Assembly: GCA_965215505.1 (NCBI GenBank)
Contig: OZ244065.1
Coordinates: forward strand, 832,001-896,000
Direction of reading: 5' to 3'
DNA from: Capsulimonadaceae bacterium
Lineage (GTDB): Bacteria > Armatimonadota > Armatimonadia > Armatimonadales > Capsulimonadaceae
Length of the DNA: 64,000 bases
Part shown: piece after piece, positions 17,565 through 26,485 of the stretch
Numbering within the stretch: position 1 is the first letter of the stretch
How the letters are laid out: each line of letters starts with the position of its first letter
Program-made: the position numbers and the translations under genes
Notes under the pieces: model-generated
Databases searched by the model: none
What the model was told of the DNA's origin: nothing
What the model saw: only the letters and a program-made list of their open reading frames with translations

Positions 17565-18500
17565 CTACTGCGGCTGTTCGTAGATCCGCGCCAGCATCTG
17601 GTCGAAGCCCAGGGGGGTCAGCTTGAAGAGTTCCTTGATGTCCTGGCTGATCGTGATGTTGTCCAGGGCGAGGTTTTTGAGCTGGTCGCGCGTCACGGGC
17701 GGTTTGGTGAGGATTTTCTCCATGACGGTCGCCGCCGCATACAGGAGCGGGATGGGGGCGTGCAGCAGGGGCTTCTTCGGCTTGCCGAGCGATTTGGCGA
17801 TGCCCTTGATAAGCTCGTTGAAGGAGAGCTGGGTCGCGCCGCCGATCTCGTAGATCTGGTTGATCGTCTCGCCCATGACCAGCGACTTGACGACGCACTG
17901 GACCAGGTCTTCCACCCAGACCGGCTGGAACAGGTTGAAGCCGGAACCGGGGACGGGGATGACCGGGAACGGGGCGTTGATGGGCAGCCCGCCATGCAGG
18001 ACCAGGTCCTTCATCTGGGCAATGAACTCGCCGTCAGGGCCGATGACGAGGGAGGGCCGGAAGATGGTGTACGGGAACTCGCTGCCGATAACGATACGCT
18101 CGGCCTGGTACTTGGTGCGCGAGTACTCGGCGGCGGCATTCAGGCTGGACCCGATGGCGCTCATGTAGACCATCCGGCCGTCGAAGCCCGCCCGCTTGGC
18201 CTCGTCCACGACGTTGCGGGTGCCCTCGACGTGAACGCGCTGGAAGGTCTGCCCCTTGCGCTTGATTTCGGCGATGATGCCGACGAGGTGGATGATGGCG
18301 TCCACGTCCTTGAACATCTCGGAGGTCAGCGTCACGGCGTCGGAGATGTCCACGCCGGGGATGTATTCCACGCCCTCCACGCGGTTCTTGCGAATCGGCA
18401 CCAGGCGCGCAAGCCCGCGCACCGGATGCCCCACCTTGACCAACTCCGCGCAGACGTGCCGCCCGATAAACCCGGAGGCCCCCGTAACCAGTACCGTCAT
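17565..18500 (-). CDS. NDUFA9-like NAD(P)-dependent epimerase/dehydratase (atypical SDR)
   Basis: VTGASGFIG, IHLVGII, YSRTK, FRPSLVIG and FQPVWVEDL motifs. Confidence 0.9.
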   Translation of the reverse strand: MTVLVTGASGFIGRHVCAELVKVGHPVRGLARLVPIRKNRVEGVEYIPGVDISDAVTLTSEMFKDVDAIIHLVGIIAEIKRKGQTFQRVHVEGTRNVVDEAKRAGFDGRMVYMSAIGSSLNAAAEYSRTKYQAERIVIGSEFPYTIFRPSLVIGPDGEFIAQMKDLVLHGGLPINAPFPVIPVPGSGFNLFQPVWVEDLVQCVVKSLVMGETINQIYEIGGATQLSFNELIKGIAKSLGKPKKPLLHAPIPLLYAAATVMEKILTKPPVTRDQLKNLALDNITISQDIKELFKLTPLGFDQMLARIYEQPQ

Positions 18501-18608
18501 TGGTGCGTTTCCTATCTTATGAAAATCTTTCTGCCGCTATGATACCCCACAGCAAGCGAAAGGAGAACGCGCGGGCGGTCCTGGGGCGGCGTATGGTATA
18601 ATCAGGCC

Positions 18609-18803
18609 GTGAAGCCGCTCGCCGAGACGAACCCCTACATCCGCGACCCCGAAACGCGCCGCCGTCGCATCGCCAGAAGCGTCTATGAGTCGTCGGTCTT
18701 CGAGGGCGCACGGGGCCTGGTCCCTCCTCAGTCTCAGACATCGGTCGCCAGTCCCCGTTTCGGTAGTGGTTTCAAGGATGTTGTTGTCTCGTCCGCTGGG
18801 TAG
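18609..18803 (+). CDS. Small VbhA-like Fic antitoxin candidate; 3' end replaced by IS1 (original end 19585-19620)
   Basis: Contains SSVFEG = (S/T)xxxE(G/N) Fic inhibition motif; TATAAT 6 nt before the GTG. Confidence 0.55.
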   Translation: MKPLAETNPYIRDPETRRRRIARSVYESSVFEGARGLVPPQSQTSVASPRFGSGFKDVVVSSAG

Positions 18804-18812
18804 ACTCCGAAC

Positions 18813-19130
18813 ATGGTCATCCAAGTCCTTCACTGCGCCCACTGCCAGAGCCAGAACGTCATCCGCCACGGCAAAGACAAAGCCGACCGCCAGCGCTACC
18901 GCTGCCACGACTGCCGCCGCACCTTCCAGGACGCCCAGGAGCAGGCGAGCCGTCGCGCCCGGCGCGCGGAAACCCAAGCCCGCGCCCTCGCGGCCTACCA
19001 GGAGCGCGCCTCGATGCGCGGGGTCTGCCGCCTCTTCGGCATCGGGCGGAACACCCTGAGCGGCTGGCTAAAAAAAAGCCCGCCACTTACCGCCGCTCCC
19101 CGAGACGCTGGCCCCCGTCCGACGCGATGA
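18813..19130 (+). CDS. insA: IS1 InsA (zinc ribbon plus HTH)
   Basis: CAHC...QRYRCHDC, SMRGVCRLFGIGRNTLSGWLKK. Confidence 0.9.
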   Translation: MVIQVLHCAHCQSQNVIRHGKDKADRQRYRCHDCRRTFQDAQEQASRRARRAETQARALAAYQERASMRGVCRLFGIGRNTLSGWLKKSPPLTAAPRDAGPRPTR

Positions 19131-19131
19131 C

Positions 19132-19566
19132 GTGCTGGAACTCGACGAACTCTGGTCGTTCGTCGCACGGCGCAAGAACAAGCGGTGGGTGTGGCTCGCC
19201 CTGTGCCGCCGGACGCGCCAGGTCGTCGCCTACGCCCTCGGGGACCGGGGCGTGCGGACCTGCCGCCTGCTGTGGGAGCGCGTCCCGCGTCGGCTGCGCC
19301 AGGCGCTGACGTTCACGGACTTCTGGGGGGCGTACCAGAAGGTGGTGCCGGAGGGGCAGCACGTCGCCTGCGGCAAGGGCAGCGGCCAGACTGATCATAT
19401 CGAGCGGTTCAACAACACGCTGCGGCAGCGCCTCGCCCGGTTCGTGCGGCAGACGCTCTCGTTCAGCAAGTCGGAGGTGATGCATGAGGACTGCCTGCGG
19501 CTGTTCCTGCACCACTACAACACGCACATGGCTCCCGGCGTGGCTGCCAGCCAACAACACTCATGA
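19132..19566 (+). CDS. insB: IS1 InsB DDE transposase part (joined to InsA by a frameshift)
   Basis: LELDELWSFV, FTDFWGAY and TDHIERFNNTLRQRL motifs. Confidence 0.9.
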   Translation: MLELDELWSFVARRKNKRWVWLALCRRTRQVVAYALGDRGVRTCRLLWERVPRRLRQALTFTDFWGAYQKVVPEGQHVACGKGSGQTDHIERFNNTLRQRLARFVRQTLSFSKSEVMHEDCLRLFLHHYNTHMAPGVAASQQHS

Positions 19567-19576
19567 AACCACTACC

Positions 19577-20160
19577 CCCGTTTCAAGGCTTCCACGAAGA
19601 ATCCCGTCAAGTCATCGTAGCGCATCAAGTACCCCTTCCTGACGGCGGCCAGATAAAGCGCCCTCTTCCGTAAACGGGGTAAGACAGGCCCGCCTGTAGT
19701 GCCATCAGGTCTGTCAGCCACCGTGCTAGGCGACCGCTCCCTTCCCGGAACGGGTGAATGAGCAATAATCCGGCGTGAACCTCGGCCATGCGCCGGGCGA
19801 TCTCCGGCACCGTTCCAGGAAGGCAGGGCGTGTGCCGTCGCAGCAATCCACTCTGAAAGTACTCCATGTTCTGCGGCACGGGGGCAGCGGGCGGCCATGT
19901 AAAACCGCCTTTGGGGACATCCACCGTGCGATACCGTCCCGCCCACCCGTAGATGCCGCCCAGCCAGTCTTTGTGCATCCGGCAGAGGAGCCTCGCGGCG
20001 AAGCGGGTTTGGCTGGTCAGGGTCATCGTCGAGGCATTCTGAGCCGCGTCCAACGCTTCAGCCTCCAGGCGGTCCATCTCCCGCTTGCGCCGTATCCCCA
20101 GCCTGTTCCGCAGAACGCGCCCGCCTGAGCCGGGCCCGCGTCGCACCTCCCCCCTCGTGC
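19577..20160 (-). pseudogene. Fic/Doc-family protein pseudogene
   Basis: VLRNRLGI, WAGRYRTV and HPFREGSGRLAR (Fic motif with N to S). Frameshift near 19670 into RKRALYLAAVRKGY..; no clear start; last codons (GLATDV-stop, 18734) displaced by IS1. Confidence 0.8.
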
Positions 20161-20321
20161 CTGCACCTTTTTTCACGAATTCCCCAGCAATTTTATATAA
20201 AAGGTTGAAGTCGTGGGTATAGATATGGCACAATACCTGTATAAATTATCGCAATGCGACCGGCGTTCTCGCCAGAAGACGTCACATCCCGGCATCCGCC
20301 CCGGATGGAGGAGACCGATCC

Positions 20322-22394
20322 ATGCAAGCCGCTGTCGAAAAGATCCCGTTACACAAGTCCGACGCCCCGAAACCAAACCGAAAGAACAAGAAGCGCGATT
20401 CGCTGGCCGAGCGGCGGATGCGTCTGGCCGACGAGGAGGTGCGGGACAGCCGCAAAGAGCGCCAGGCGATGCTGCGCTTCCTGTCGTACCTGACGCCCTA
20501 CCTGCCGCTGTTCATCACCGCTACCTGTTTCGGCATCACCAACTACACCATCGGCGCGGCCGTGCCGAGCATCACCGGGTATGTTATTGACCGGATTATC
20601 CTGCACGGTGCCACCCACCATGTCGGACGGAACAACCCCCTCTACCCCGTGCTGGACCACCTGCTGAACCGATTCGTGCCGCACGCCGGGCCGGCGGGGC
20701 AGGCGAACTTCCTGCTGGGCATGGTCATCGTCGTCCTGCTGCTGGCTGGCTTCATCATCTTCCTGCGCGGGTTTTTGGTCGGCATCGGCGGGCAGCGGGT
20801 CATCTTCAAGGTCCGCAACGACCTGTACGAACACATCCAGGGGCTGTCGCTGTCGTTCTTCCAGACGAACCGGTCGGGCAGCATCGTGTCGCGCCTGACC
20901 TCGGACATCGCGCTGGCCCAGAACTTCATTGGCAACGCCTGTACGCTGCTCTGGATGGACTCGCTTTCGGTCATCGGCATCGCCATCTGGCTGTTCGTCA
21001 TCTCGCCGCGCATGGCTCTGGTTTCCCTGGCCGTGCTGCCCTTCTGGGTGTTCAGCGTCCGGTTCTTCGGCCAGCGCATCCGCAAGGCTTCCCATGCCGT
21101 CCAGGAGGGGCTGTCGGAATTGTCAGGCCAGGTGCAGGAGAAGGTGGCCGGGGCGACCGTCGTGCAGGCCTTCGCTCGGGAGAAGCGCGAGACGCGCCTG
21201 TTCCACCGGATGCACCGATCACTCTTTGACCGCCAGGTCGAGACGGTCCGCTACCAGGCGCTCAACATGGCGGCGTCCAACGTGCTGACCAGCGTTGCGC
21301 CCATCACGGTCGTTCTGTTCGGGGCGCACGAGGTCATCGCGGGGCGGATGACGACCGGCATGCTGATTACGTTCTGGACGACCCTGGGCCTGTTCTACTT
21401 CCCGCTTCAGCGGCTGACTGACATGGCCGCCGTCATCGCGAACGCCGGGGCGGCCATCGACCGCATCTTCGACATCTTCGACATCACGCCGGACATCGCC
21501 GACGCCGAGGGCGCGGTCGCCCTGCCCGCCCGCATCGAGGGCCGCGTCGAGCTTCGCAACGTCTCCTTCGGCTACGACGCGGACGTACCGATCCTGAAGG
21601 GGCTGAACCTGGACATCAAGCCGGGCGAGGTCATCGCCTTCGTCGGGCCGTCGGGCGCGGGCAAGTCCACCCTGGTTAACCTGGTCCCGCGCTTCTATGA
21701 TGTGACCGGCGGACAGATCCTGGTAGACGGCCTGAACATCGCCGATGTCAAGGTGAAGTCGTTGCGGAACAACATCGGCATGGTGCTTCAAGACAACATC
21801 CTGTTCACCGGCACCATCAAGGAGAACATCCTGTACGGGAGGCCCGGCGCGACCGACGAGGAGATCGTCGAGGCCGCCGTCGCCGCCAACGCCCACGGCT
21901 TCATCGAGGACCTGCCGGACGGCTACGAGACGGAGATCGGCGAACGCGGCACCAAACTCTCCGGCGGCCAGAAGCAGCGCCTCGCCATCACCCGCGCTTT
22001 CCTCCGAGACCCACGCATCCTGATCCTGGACGAAGCCACCTCGGCCCTGGACAGCGAGAGCGAGCAGCTAATCCAGAACGCCCTGAACCGCCTGATGGTG
22101 GGGCGGACCACGCTGATCATCGCGCACCGGCTTTCGACGGTCATGCACGCGAATGTCATTGTCGTCTTGGACCAGGGGAGGGTTGTCGAGAAGGGGACAC
22201 ACGCCGAGCTTCTGAAGAAGGAAGGGCTGTACTACCACCTCTACATGGCACAGTTCTCCCATGCCTTGGAAGTCCACGACTCCGCCAAAGCGATTTTGGA
22301 CGGCGAAGACGATGGGGACCCGAACGGGGAATACGAGAACGCCCGCGCCCTGCGAGAGCAGGCGACCGAGCGGCGGGCACTGGCGGCGCGGTAG
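20322..22394 (+). CDS. ABC exporter, fused permease and ATPase (MsbA/Sav1866-like)
   Basis: TM domain plus GPSGAGKS, LSGGQKQR, LILDEATSALD and IAHRLST motifs. Confidence 0.95.
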   Translation: MQAAVEKIPLHKSDAPKPNRKNKKRDSLAERRMRLADEEVRDSRKERQAMLRFLSYLTPYLPLFITATCFGITNYTIGAAVPSITGYVIDRIILHGATHHVGRNNPLYPVLDHLLNRFVPHAGPAGQANFLLGMVIVVLLLAGFIIFLRGFLVGIGGQRVIFKVRNDLYEHIQGLSLSFFQTNRSGSIVSRLTSDIALAQNFIGNACTLLWMDSLSVIGIAIWLFVISPRMALVSLAVLPFWVFSVRFFGQRIRKASHAVQEGLSELSGQVQEKVAGATVVQAFAREKRETRLFHRMHRSLFDRQVETVRYQALNMAASNVLTSVAPITVVLFGAHEVIAGRMTTGMLITFWTTLGLFYFPLQRLTDMAAVIANAGAAIDRIFDIFDITPDIADAEGAVALPARIEGRVELRNVSFGYDADVPILKGLNLDIKPGEVIAFVGPSGAGKSTLVNLVPRFYDVTGGQILVDGLNIADVKVKSLRNNIGMVLQDNILFTGTIKENILYGRPGATDEEIVEAAVAANAHGFIEDLPDGYETEIGERGTKLSGGQKQRLAITRAFLRDPRILILDEATSALDSESEQLIQNALNRLMVGRTTLIIAHRLSTVMHANVIVVLDQGRVVEKGTHAELLKKEGLYYHLYMAQFSHALEVHDSAKAILDGEDDGDPNGEYENARALREQATERRALAAR

Positions 22395-22421
22395 CTCCGA
22401 GAATGACAGGAATCAGGCAGC

Positions 22422-22459
22422 AAAAGGGCGCGGGCGGTTCAAACCGCCCGCGCCCTTTT
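22422..22459. terminator. Rho-independent terminator (bidirectional)
   Basis: AAAAGGGCGCGGGCGGTT..AACCGCCCGCGCCCTTTT. Confidence 0.85.
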
Positions 22460-22484
22460 CTGATTTGAAGCCGGTGCTGAAAGA

Positions 22485-22517
22485 CTTAATCTTGCCTTAA
22501 CATTGCCCCCGTATAAT
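22485..22517 (+). promoter_or_regulatory. pho-box-like direct repeat plus -10 element
   Basis: CTTAATCTTGC-CTTAACATTGC (11-bp period) in the -35 position, then TATAAT at 22512, upstream of phosphate transport genes. Confidence 0.65.
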
Positions 22518-22569
22518 GGGGTCACTCCACGAGACGCTCCGAAGGGGGCGTCCAGAAAAGGAATGACCC

Positions 22570-23193
22570 ATGCCATTCTTCGGACAAGACCCCGTCTTCT
22601 ACGATCTGCTGGAAGCGCAGGCCGAGGCCGCGCACAAGGCCGCCCAGACCTTCCAGGCGCTCTCACTGGACATGGGCCAGGCGGCGCGCTATGCCGAAGC
22701 CGCCAAGAAGATCGAGGCGGAGGCCGACGCCCTGACCCACGATCTGGTCAGCAAGGCCGACGCCAAGTTCATCACGCCGCTCGACAAGGGCGACCTGCAT
22801 GCCCTCTCCCACGCGCTGGACAACATCACCGACACCATAGAAGCGACCGTCGCCCGCGTCGCCCTGTACCGCCTGACGCAGCCGCGCCCGGACCTCGCCC
22901 CGATGACGGAGCGGCTGGTTTCCATCACCCAGGCGACGCGCGAGGGCGTGAACTACCTCCGCCACCTCAAAGACCACAAGGGCCTGTCGCCGATCCTCGT
23001 CCGCATCCACGAGATGGAGAACCAGAGCGACGAGGCTTACCGTCAGGCCCTGGCCGTCCTGCTCAACCAGGAGGAGGCGAACCCGCTGCTCGTCATCAAG
23101 TGGAAGGAGGTCTACGACCGCATCGAGGTCGTCGCCGACGAGTGCGAGAACGTCGCGGACGTTCTGGAAAGCCTTGTGGTGAAGTATGCATGA
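22570..23193 (+). CDS. DUF47/PhoU-like Pit accessory protein
   Basis: IEAEAD, FITPLDKGD, ENQSDEAYR and IKWKEVY motifs; adjacent to pit. Confidence 0.92.
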   Translation: MPFFGQDPVFYDLLEAQAEAAHKAAQTFQALSLDMGQAARYAEAAKKIEAEADALTHDLVSKADAKFITPLDKGDLHALSHALDNITDTIEATVARVALYRLTQPRPDLAPMTERLVSITQATREGVNYLRHLKDHKGLSPILVRIHEMENQSDEAYRQALAVLLNQEEANPLLVIKWKEVYDRIEVVADECENVADVLESLVVKYA

Positions 23194-24217
23194 CATCCCC
23201 ATTCTGCTGATCGTCATCGTCGCCTTCGCCCTGCTGTTCGACTACACGAACGGCTTCCACGACACGGCCAACGCCGTCGCGACCGTCATCTCGACGCGCG
23301 TCCTGCCGCCGACCTTCGCCATCGTCCTGTGCGCCGTCCTGAACTTCGCCGGGGCGTTCGCCTCGCAGAAGGTCGCCGGCACCATCGCGAAGGGGCTGAT
23401 CGAGGCCCACGCCGCGACCCAGGAAGTCATCCTGGCGGCCATCATCGGGGCCATCGCCTGGAACGTCCTCACCTGGTACTTCGGCATCCCCAGCTCGTCG
23501 TCCCACGCCCTGATCGGGGGGCTGGTCGGCGCGACAATCGTCTTCTCCGGCACCCACGCCGTGCTGTGGAAGGGCGTCGTGAGCAAAGTCGTCCTGCCGA
23601 TGGTGATCTCGCCCGTCATCGGCTGCGTGATCGCGTTCGGGATCATGATGCTGCTGTTCGCTTTGTTCGCGGACACGCGGCCCGCGAAGGTCAACGGCCT
23701 GTTCTCCTGGCTCCAGCGCATTTCGGCGGGGTTCGTCGCCCTCAACCATGGCACGAACGACGCCCAGAAGACGATGGGCGTCATCACGCTGGCCCTCGTC
23801 GCCTTCCATGTGATGCCGGGTGGTAAAGACGTCCGCATCCCGACCTGGGTGATCGCCTCGTGCGCGACGGCGATGGGATTAGGAACGCTCTCGGGCGGCT
23901 GGCGCATCATCAAAACGCTGGGGACGAAGATCATCGACCTCCAGCCGATCAACGGGTTCGCCGCCGAGACGGCCGCCAGCCTGGTCCTGTCCACGGCCAC
24001 TTACTTCGGGATGCCGGTCAGCACGACCCACATCGTCTGCGGCAGCGTCTTCGGCGTCGGCATCGCCAAGCGGCTGAACGAGGTGCGCTGGCCGGTCGCG
24101 CAGAGCATGGTGACGGCCTGGGTCCTGACCCTGCCGGGCGCGGCTCTGGTCGCCGGCCTGAGCTTCTTCGTGATCAACCTGACGACGGGGGGCCACGGCG
24201 TCGTCGCGATGCGCTAG
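23186..24217 (+). CDS. pit: Inorganic phosphate transporter, PiT family
   Basis: NGFHDTANAVAT, PSSSSHALIGG, HGTNDAQKTMG and PVSTTH motifs. Confidence 0.95.
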   Translation: MHDIPILLIVIVAFALLFDYTNGFHDTANAVATVISTRVLPPTFAIVLCAVLNFAGAFASQKVAGTIAKGLIEAHAATQEVILAAIIGAIAWNVLTWYFGIPSSSSHALIGGLVGATIVFSGTHAVLWKGVVSKVVLPMVISPVIGCVIAFGIMMLLFALFADTRPAKVNGLFSWLQRISAGFVALNHGTNDAQKTMGVITLALVAFHVMPGGKDVRIPTWVIASCATAMGLGTLSGGWRIIKTLGTKIIDLQPINGFAAETAASLVLSTATYFGMPVSTTHIVCGSVFGVGIAKRLNEVRWPVAQSMVTAWVLTLPGAALVAGLSFFVINLTTGGHGVVAMR

Positions 24218-24256
24218 AGGGGATTAGCACATAGCGGGGAACGGGGAGAATGCCGC

Positions 24257-25186
24257 ATGAACGAACAAGAACTCTTCACGCGCAGTCCCAAAAACCCGAT
24301 CCTGCAAGCGGGCAACCTGCCCTTCCCGTGCAAGGCCGTGTGCAACCCGGCTGCCTGCCTCCTAGACGGCGAGACGCTGCTGCTTTTGCGGGCGATAGAC
24401 AACGAGGACCGCTCCCACCTGGTCGTCGCCCGCTCAAAGGACGGCGTCGGCGGCTGGCAGATGCAGGACCCGCCGCTGCTCTCGCCGAACCAGGGCGCGG
24501 GCTGGTATGAGTCGCGCGGGTGCGAGGACCCGCGCATCACCTATATGGCCGATGAAGGGCTGTACGTCATCGCCTATGTCGGCTACTCTGATCAGGGCGC
24601 GGGCGTGTGCCTGGCGACGACGAAAGACTTCCAGAGCGTGTCGCGGCTCGGGCTGGTCATCCACCCATATAACAAGGACGCGGCCCTGTTCCCGCGCAAG
24701 ATCGGGGGGCGCTACCTCCTGCTGCACCGGCCCACGGCGGGGCCGCTGGAAAACGTCTGGCTGTCGGAGAGCGACGATCTGCGGCACTGGGGCAGCCCGA
24801 TCTGCGTCTTGCAGGAGGACCAGCAGCCCGGCTGGGACAGCGGCAAGGTGGGAACGGGGCCGACTCCAATCGAGACGCCGGAGGGCTGGCTGCTGATCTT
24901 CCACGGGGTCGAGCATGAGGAGAAGGGCTGGCTGTACCGCGTCGGTCTGGCCCTGCTGGACCTCGATGACCCGAGCCGGATCATCGCCAAGGCGCACAAC
25001 TGGGTCTTCGGGCCGACGGAGCCATACGAGCTGCGTGGCGAGCAGCCCGGCATCGTCTTCCCGACCGGGGCGGTGGTGGAGGACGGCACCCTGCGGCTCT
25101 ACTACGGCGCGGCGGACGTGAGCGTCGCCGTCGCGACCGCGCGGATGGACGATCTGCTTCAAGTGCTGCGGGACAACCGGATGTAG
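24257..25186 (+). CDS. GH130 glycoside phosphorylase/hydrolase
   Basis: NPAA, GCEDPRIT, NKDAALFPRKIGGRY..HRP, VFPTG and YYGAAD motifs. Confidence 0.9.
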   Translation: MNEQELFTRSPKNPILQAGNLPFPCKAVCNPAACLLDGETLLLLRAIDNEDRSHLVVARSKDGVGGWQMQDPPLLSPNQGAGWYESRGCEDPRITYMADEGLYVIAYVGYSDQGAGVCLATTKDFQSVSRLGLVIHPYNKDAALFPRKIGGRYLLLHRPTAGPLENVWLSESDDLRHWGSPICVLQEDQQPGWDSGKVGTGPTPIETPEGWLLIFHGVEHEEKGWLYRVGLALLDLDDPSRIIAKAHNWVFGPTEPYELRGEQPGIVFPTGAVVEDGTLRLYYGAADVSVAVATARMDDLLQVLRDNRM

Positions 25187-25290
25187 CCACAGATGGATGT
25201 AGGCGGGCGGGATCGGAGAAGAGGGCGGGGTCCCCCCACCCTCTTTCGTCTCCCTCGCCCCGGTCCCTCCGTCTGCCTCTTGCACAGTCT

Positions 25291-26436
25291 CTAAGCGCCA
25301 GGCCGGAGCGCGTCCAGCAGACGCACCTCGCCGGTCGCGCGGTCCTGATAGAGCCACGTCGTCCAGCCGTTCGCGGAGGGCAGGCCGAGGCAGGCGGCGG
25401 CGACCTTATGGATGGAGCCGCGATGCCCGCCCGCCGTGACCGTGCCGTCGGCATGAACGGCGGCCTCGACCGACGTGCCTTTGAGCCGCAGGACAGTTCC
25501 GACGGGTAACTGCCCGCTCTCGATGAGGCTGACGAACGGGAGGCGCGGCTTGGGGCTGCCCAGCAGGACGCCGTTTTCGTCTTCCGAGGTTAGTAGGGCC
25601 GGGGAGATGTTCGCTAACCGCTTCTCCGCGAGCTGAACGTAAGATTCTTCCCGGTCGATCGTGATGTAGTCCCGGCCCAGGCGCTTGGCGACGGCGGCTG
25701 TGGTCCCCGTCCCACAAAAAGGGTCCAGCACCAGGTCTCCCGCGTTGGTGGTGGCAGCGATGACCCGGTGCATCAGCGCCTCGGGCTTCTGGGTCGTGTG
25801 CGCTTTTTTGCCGTCCTTCTTCTCCCGCTCCCCGCCCGAGCAGATGGGAATGTACCAGTCCGAGCGCATCTGCTTGTCGTCGTTCCCCGCCTTCATCTCC
25901 CGATAGTGGAACGTGTACTTCTTCTGGTCAATGGATTTCTTCGCCCAGAGCAGAGTTTCATGGGCGTTGCAGAAGCGCGTCCCTTTCATCTGGGGCGTCG
26001 GATTTGACTTGATCCAGCACACATCGTTCAGCACCCAGTAGCCGACGTCCATCATCACGGCCCCGACCCGGTAGATGTTGTGATAGCTGCCGATGACCCA
26101 GAGCGTGCCGGTGTCTTTGAGGACACGGCGGCAGGCGGTGAGCCAGGCGCGGGTGAAGGCGTCGTACTCGGCGAACGACTTGAACTTGTCCCACGGGTCG
26201 GTGACGGCGTCCACCTTGGTCATGTTGGGCCGCCACAGGTCGCCGCCGAGCTGCATGTTGTAGGGGGGGTCGGCAAACACCAGGTCGGCGCACTTGGCCG
26301 GGAGCGCGTTCATCACCTCGACGCAGTCGCCGAGGAGGACTTGGTTGACGGGCGTGCCGTCCGGCGTCTTGTGCGCGGGAGTCCGCCGGGCGCTCGGCAG
26401 CTTGGGTACGGGGTTTTGGGGAGGCTGGGTGGTCAT
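25291..26436 (-). CDS. Orphan adenine DNA methyltransferase, CcrM/M.HinfI family (beta class)
   Basis: FADPPYN, WVIGSYHNI, GTRFCNAHET, QMRSDW, HTTQKPEAL, LDPFCGTGTT and C-terminal GSIHKV..NGWTTW segment. Confidence 0.9.
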   Translation of the reverse strand: MTTQPPQNPVPKLPSARRTPAHKTPDGTPVNQVLLGDCVEVMNALPAKCADLVFADPPYNMQLGGDLWRPNMTKVDAVTDPWDKFKSFAEYDAFTRAWLTACRRVLKDTGTLWVIGSYHNIYRVGAVMMDVGYWVLNDVCWIKSNPTPQMKGTRFCNAHETLLWAKKSIDQKKYTFHYREMKAGNDDKQMRSDWYIPICSGGEREKKDGKKAHTTQKPEALMHRVIAATTNAGDLVLDPFCGTGTTAAVAKRLGRDYITIDREESYVQLAEKRLANISPALLTSEDENGVLLGSPKPRLPFVSLIESGQLPVGTVLRLKGTSVEAAVHADGTVTAGGHRGSIHKVAAACLGLPSANGWTTWLYQDRATGEVRLLDALRPGA

Positions 26437-26485
26437 AGGCAGGCTATTGTACCACGGCGGACTCAGGAAAACAATGGCTTCGGAC

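Larger units (their letters stand above)
18762..19576 (+). mobile_element. IS1-family insertion sequence (815 bp)
   Basis: 13-bp perfect IR GGTAGTGGTTTCA/TGAAACCACTACC; 8-bp target duplication CCCGTTTC at 18754-18761 and 19577-19584. Confidence 0.95.

Noticed and set aside
20225-20242. sigma54 promoter before the ABC exporter
   Set aside because: TGGCAC is present but the -12 TTGC element is not.
25291-26436. Restriction-modification or defence island around the methyltransferase
   Set aside because: Neighbours are metabolic genes; no nuclease motifs nearby.
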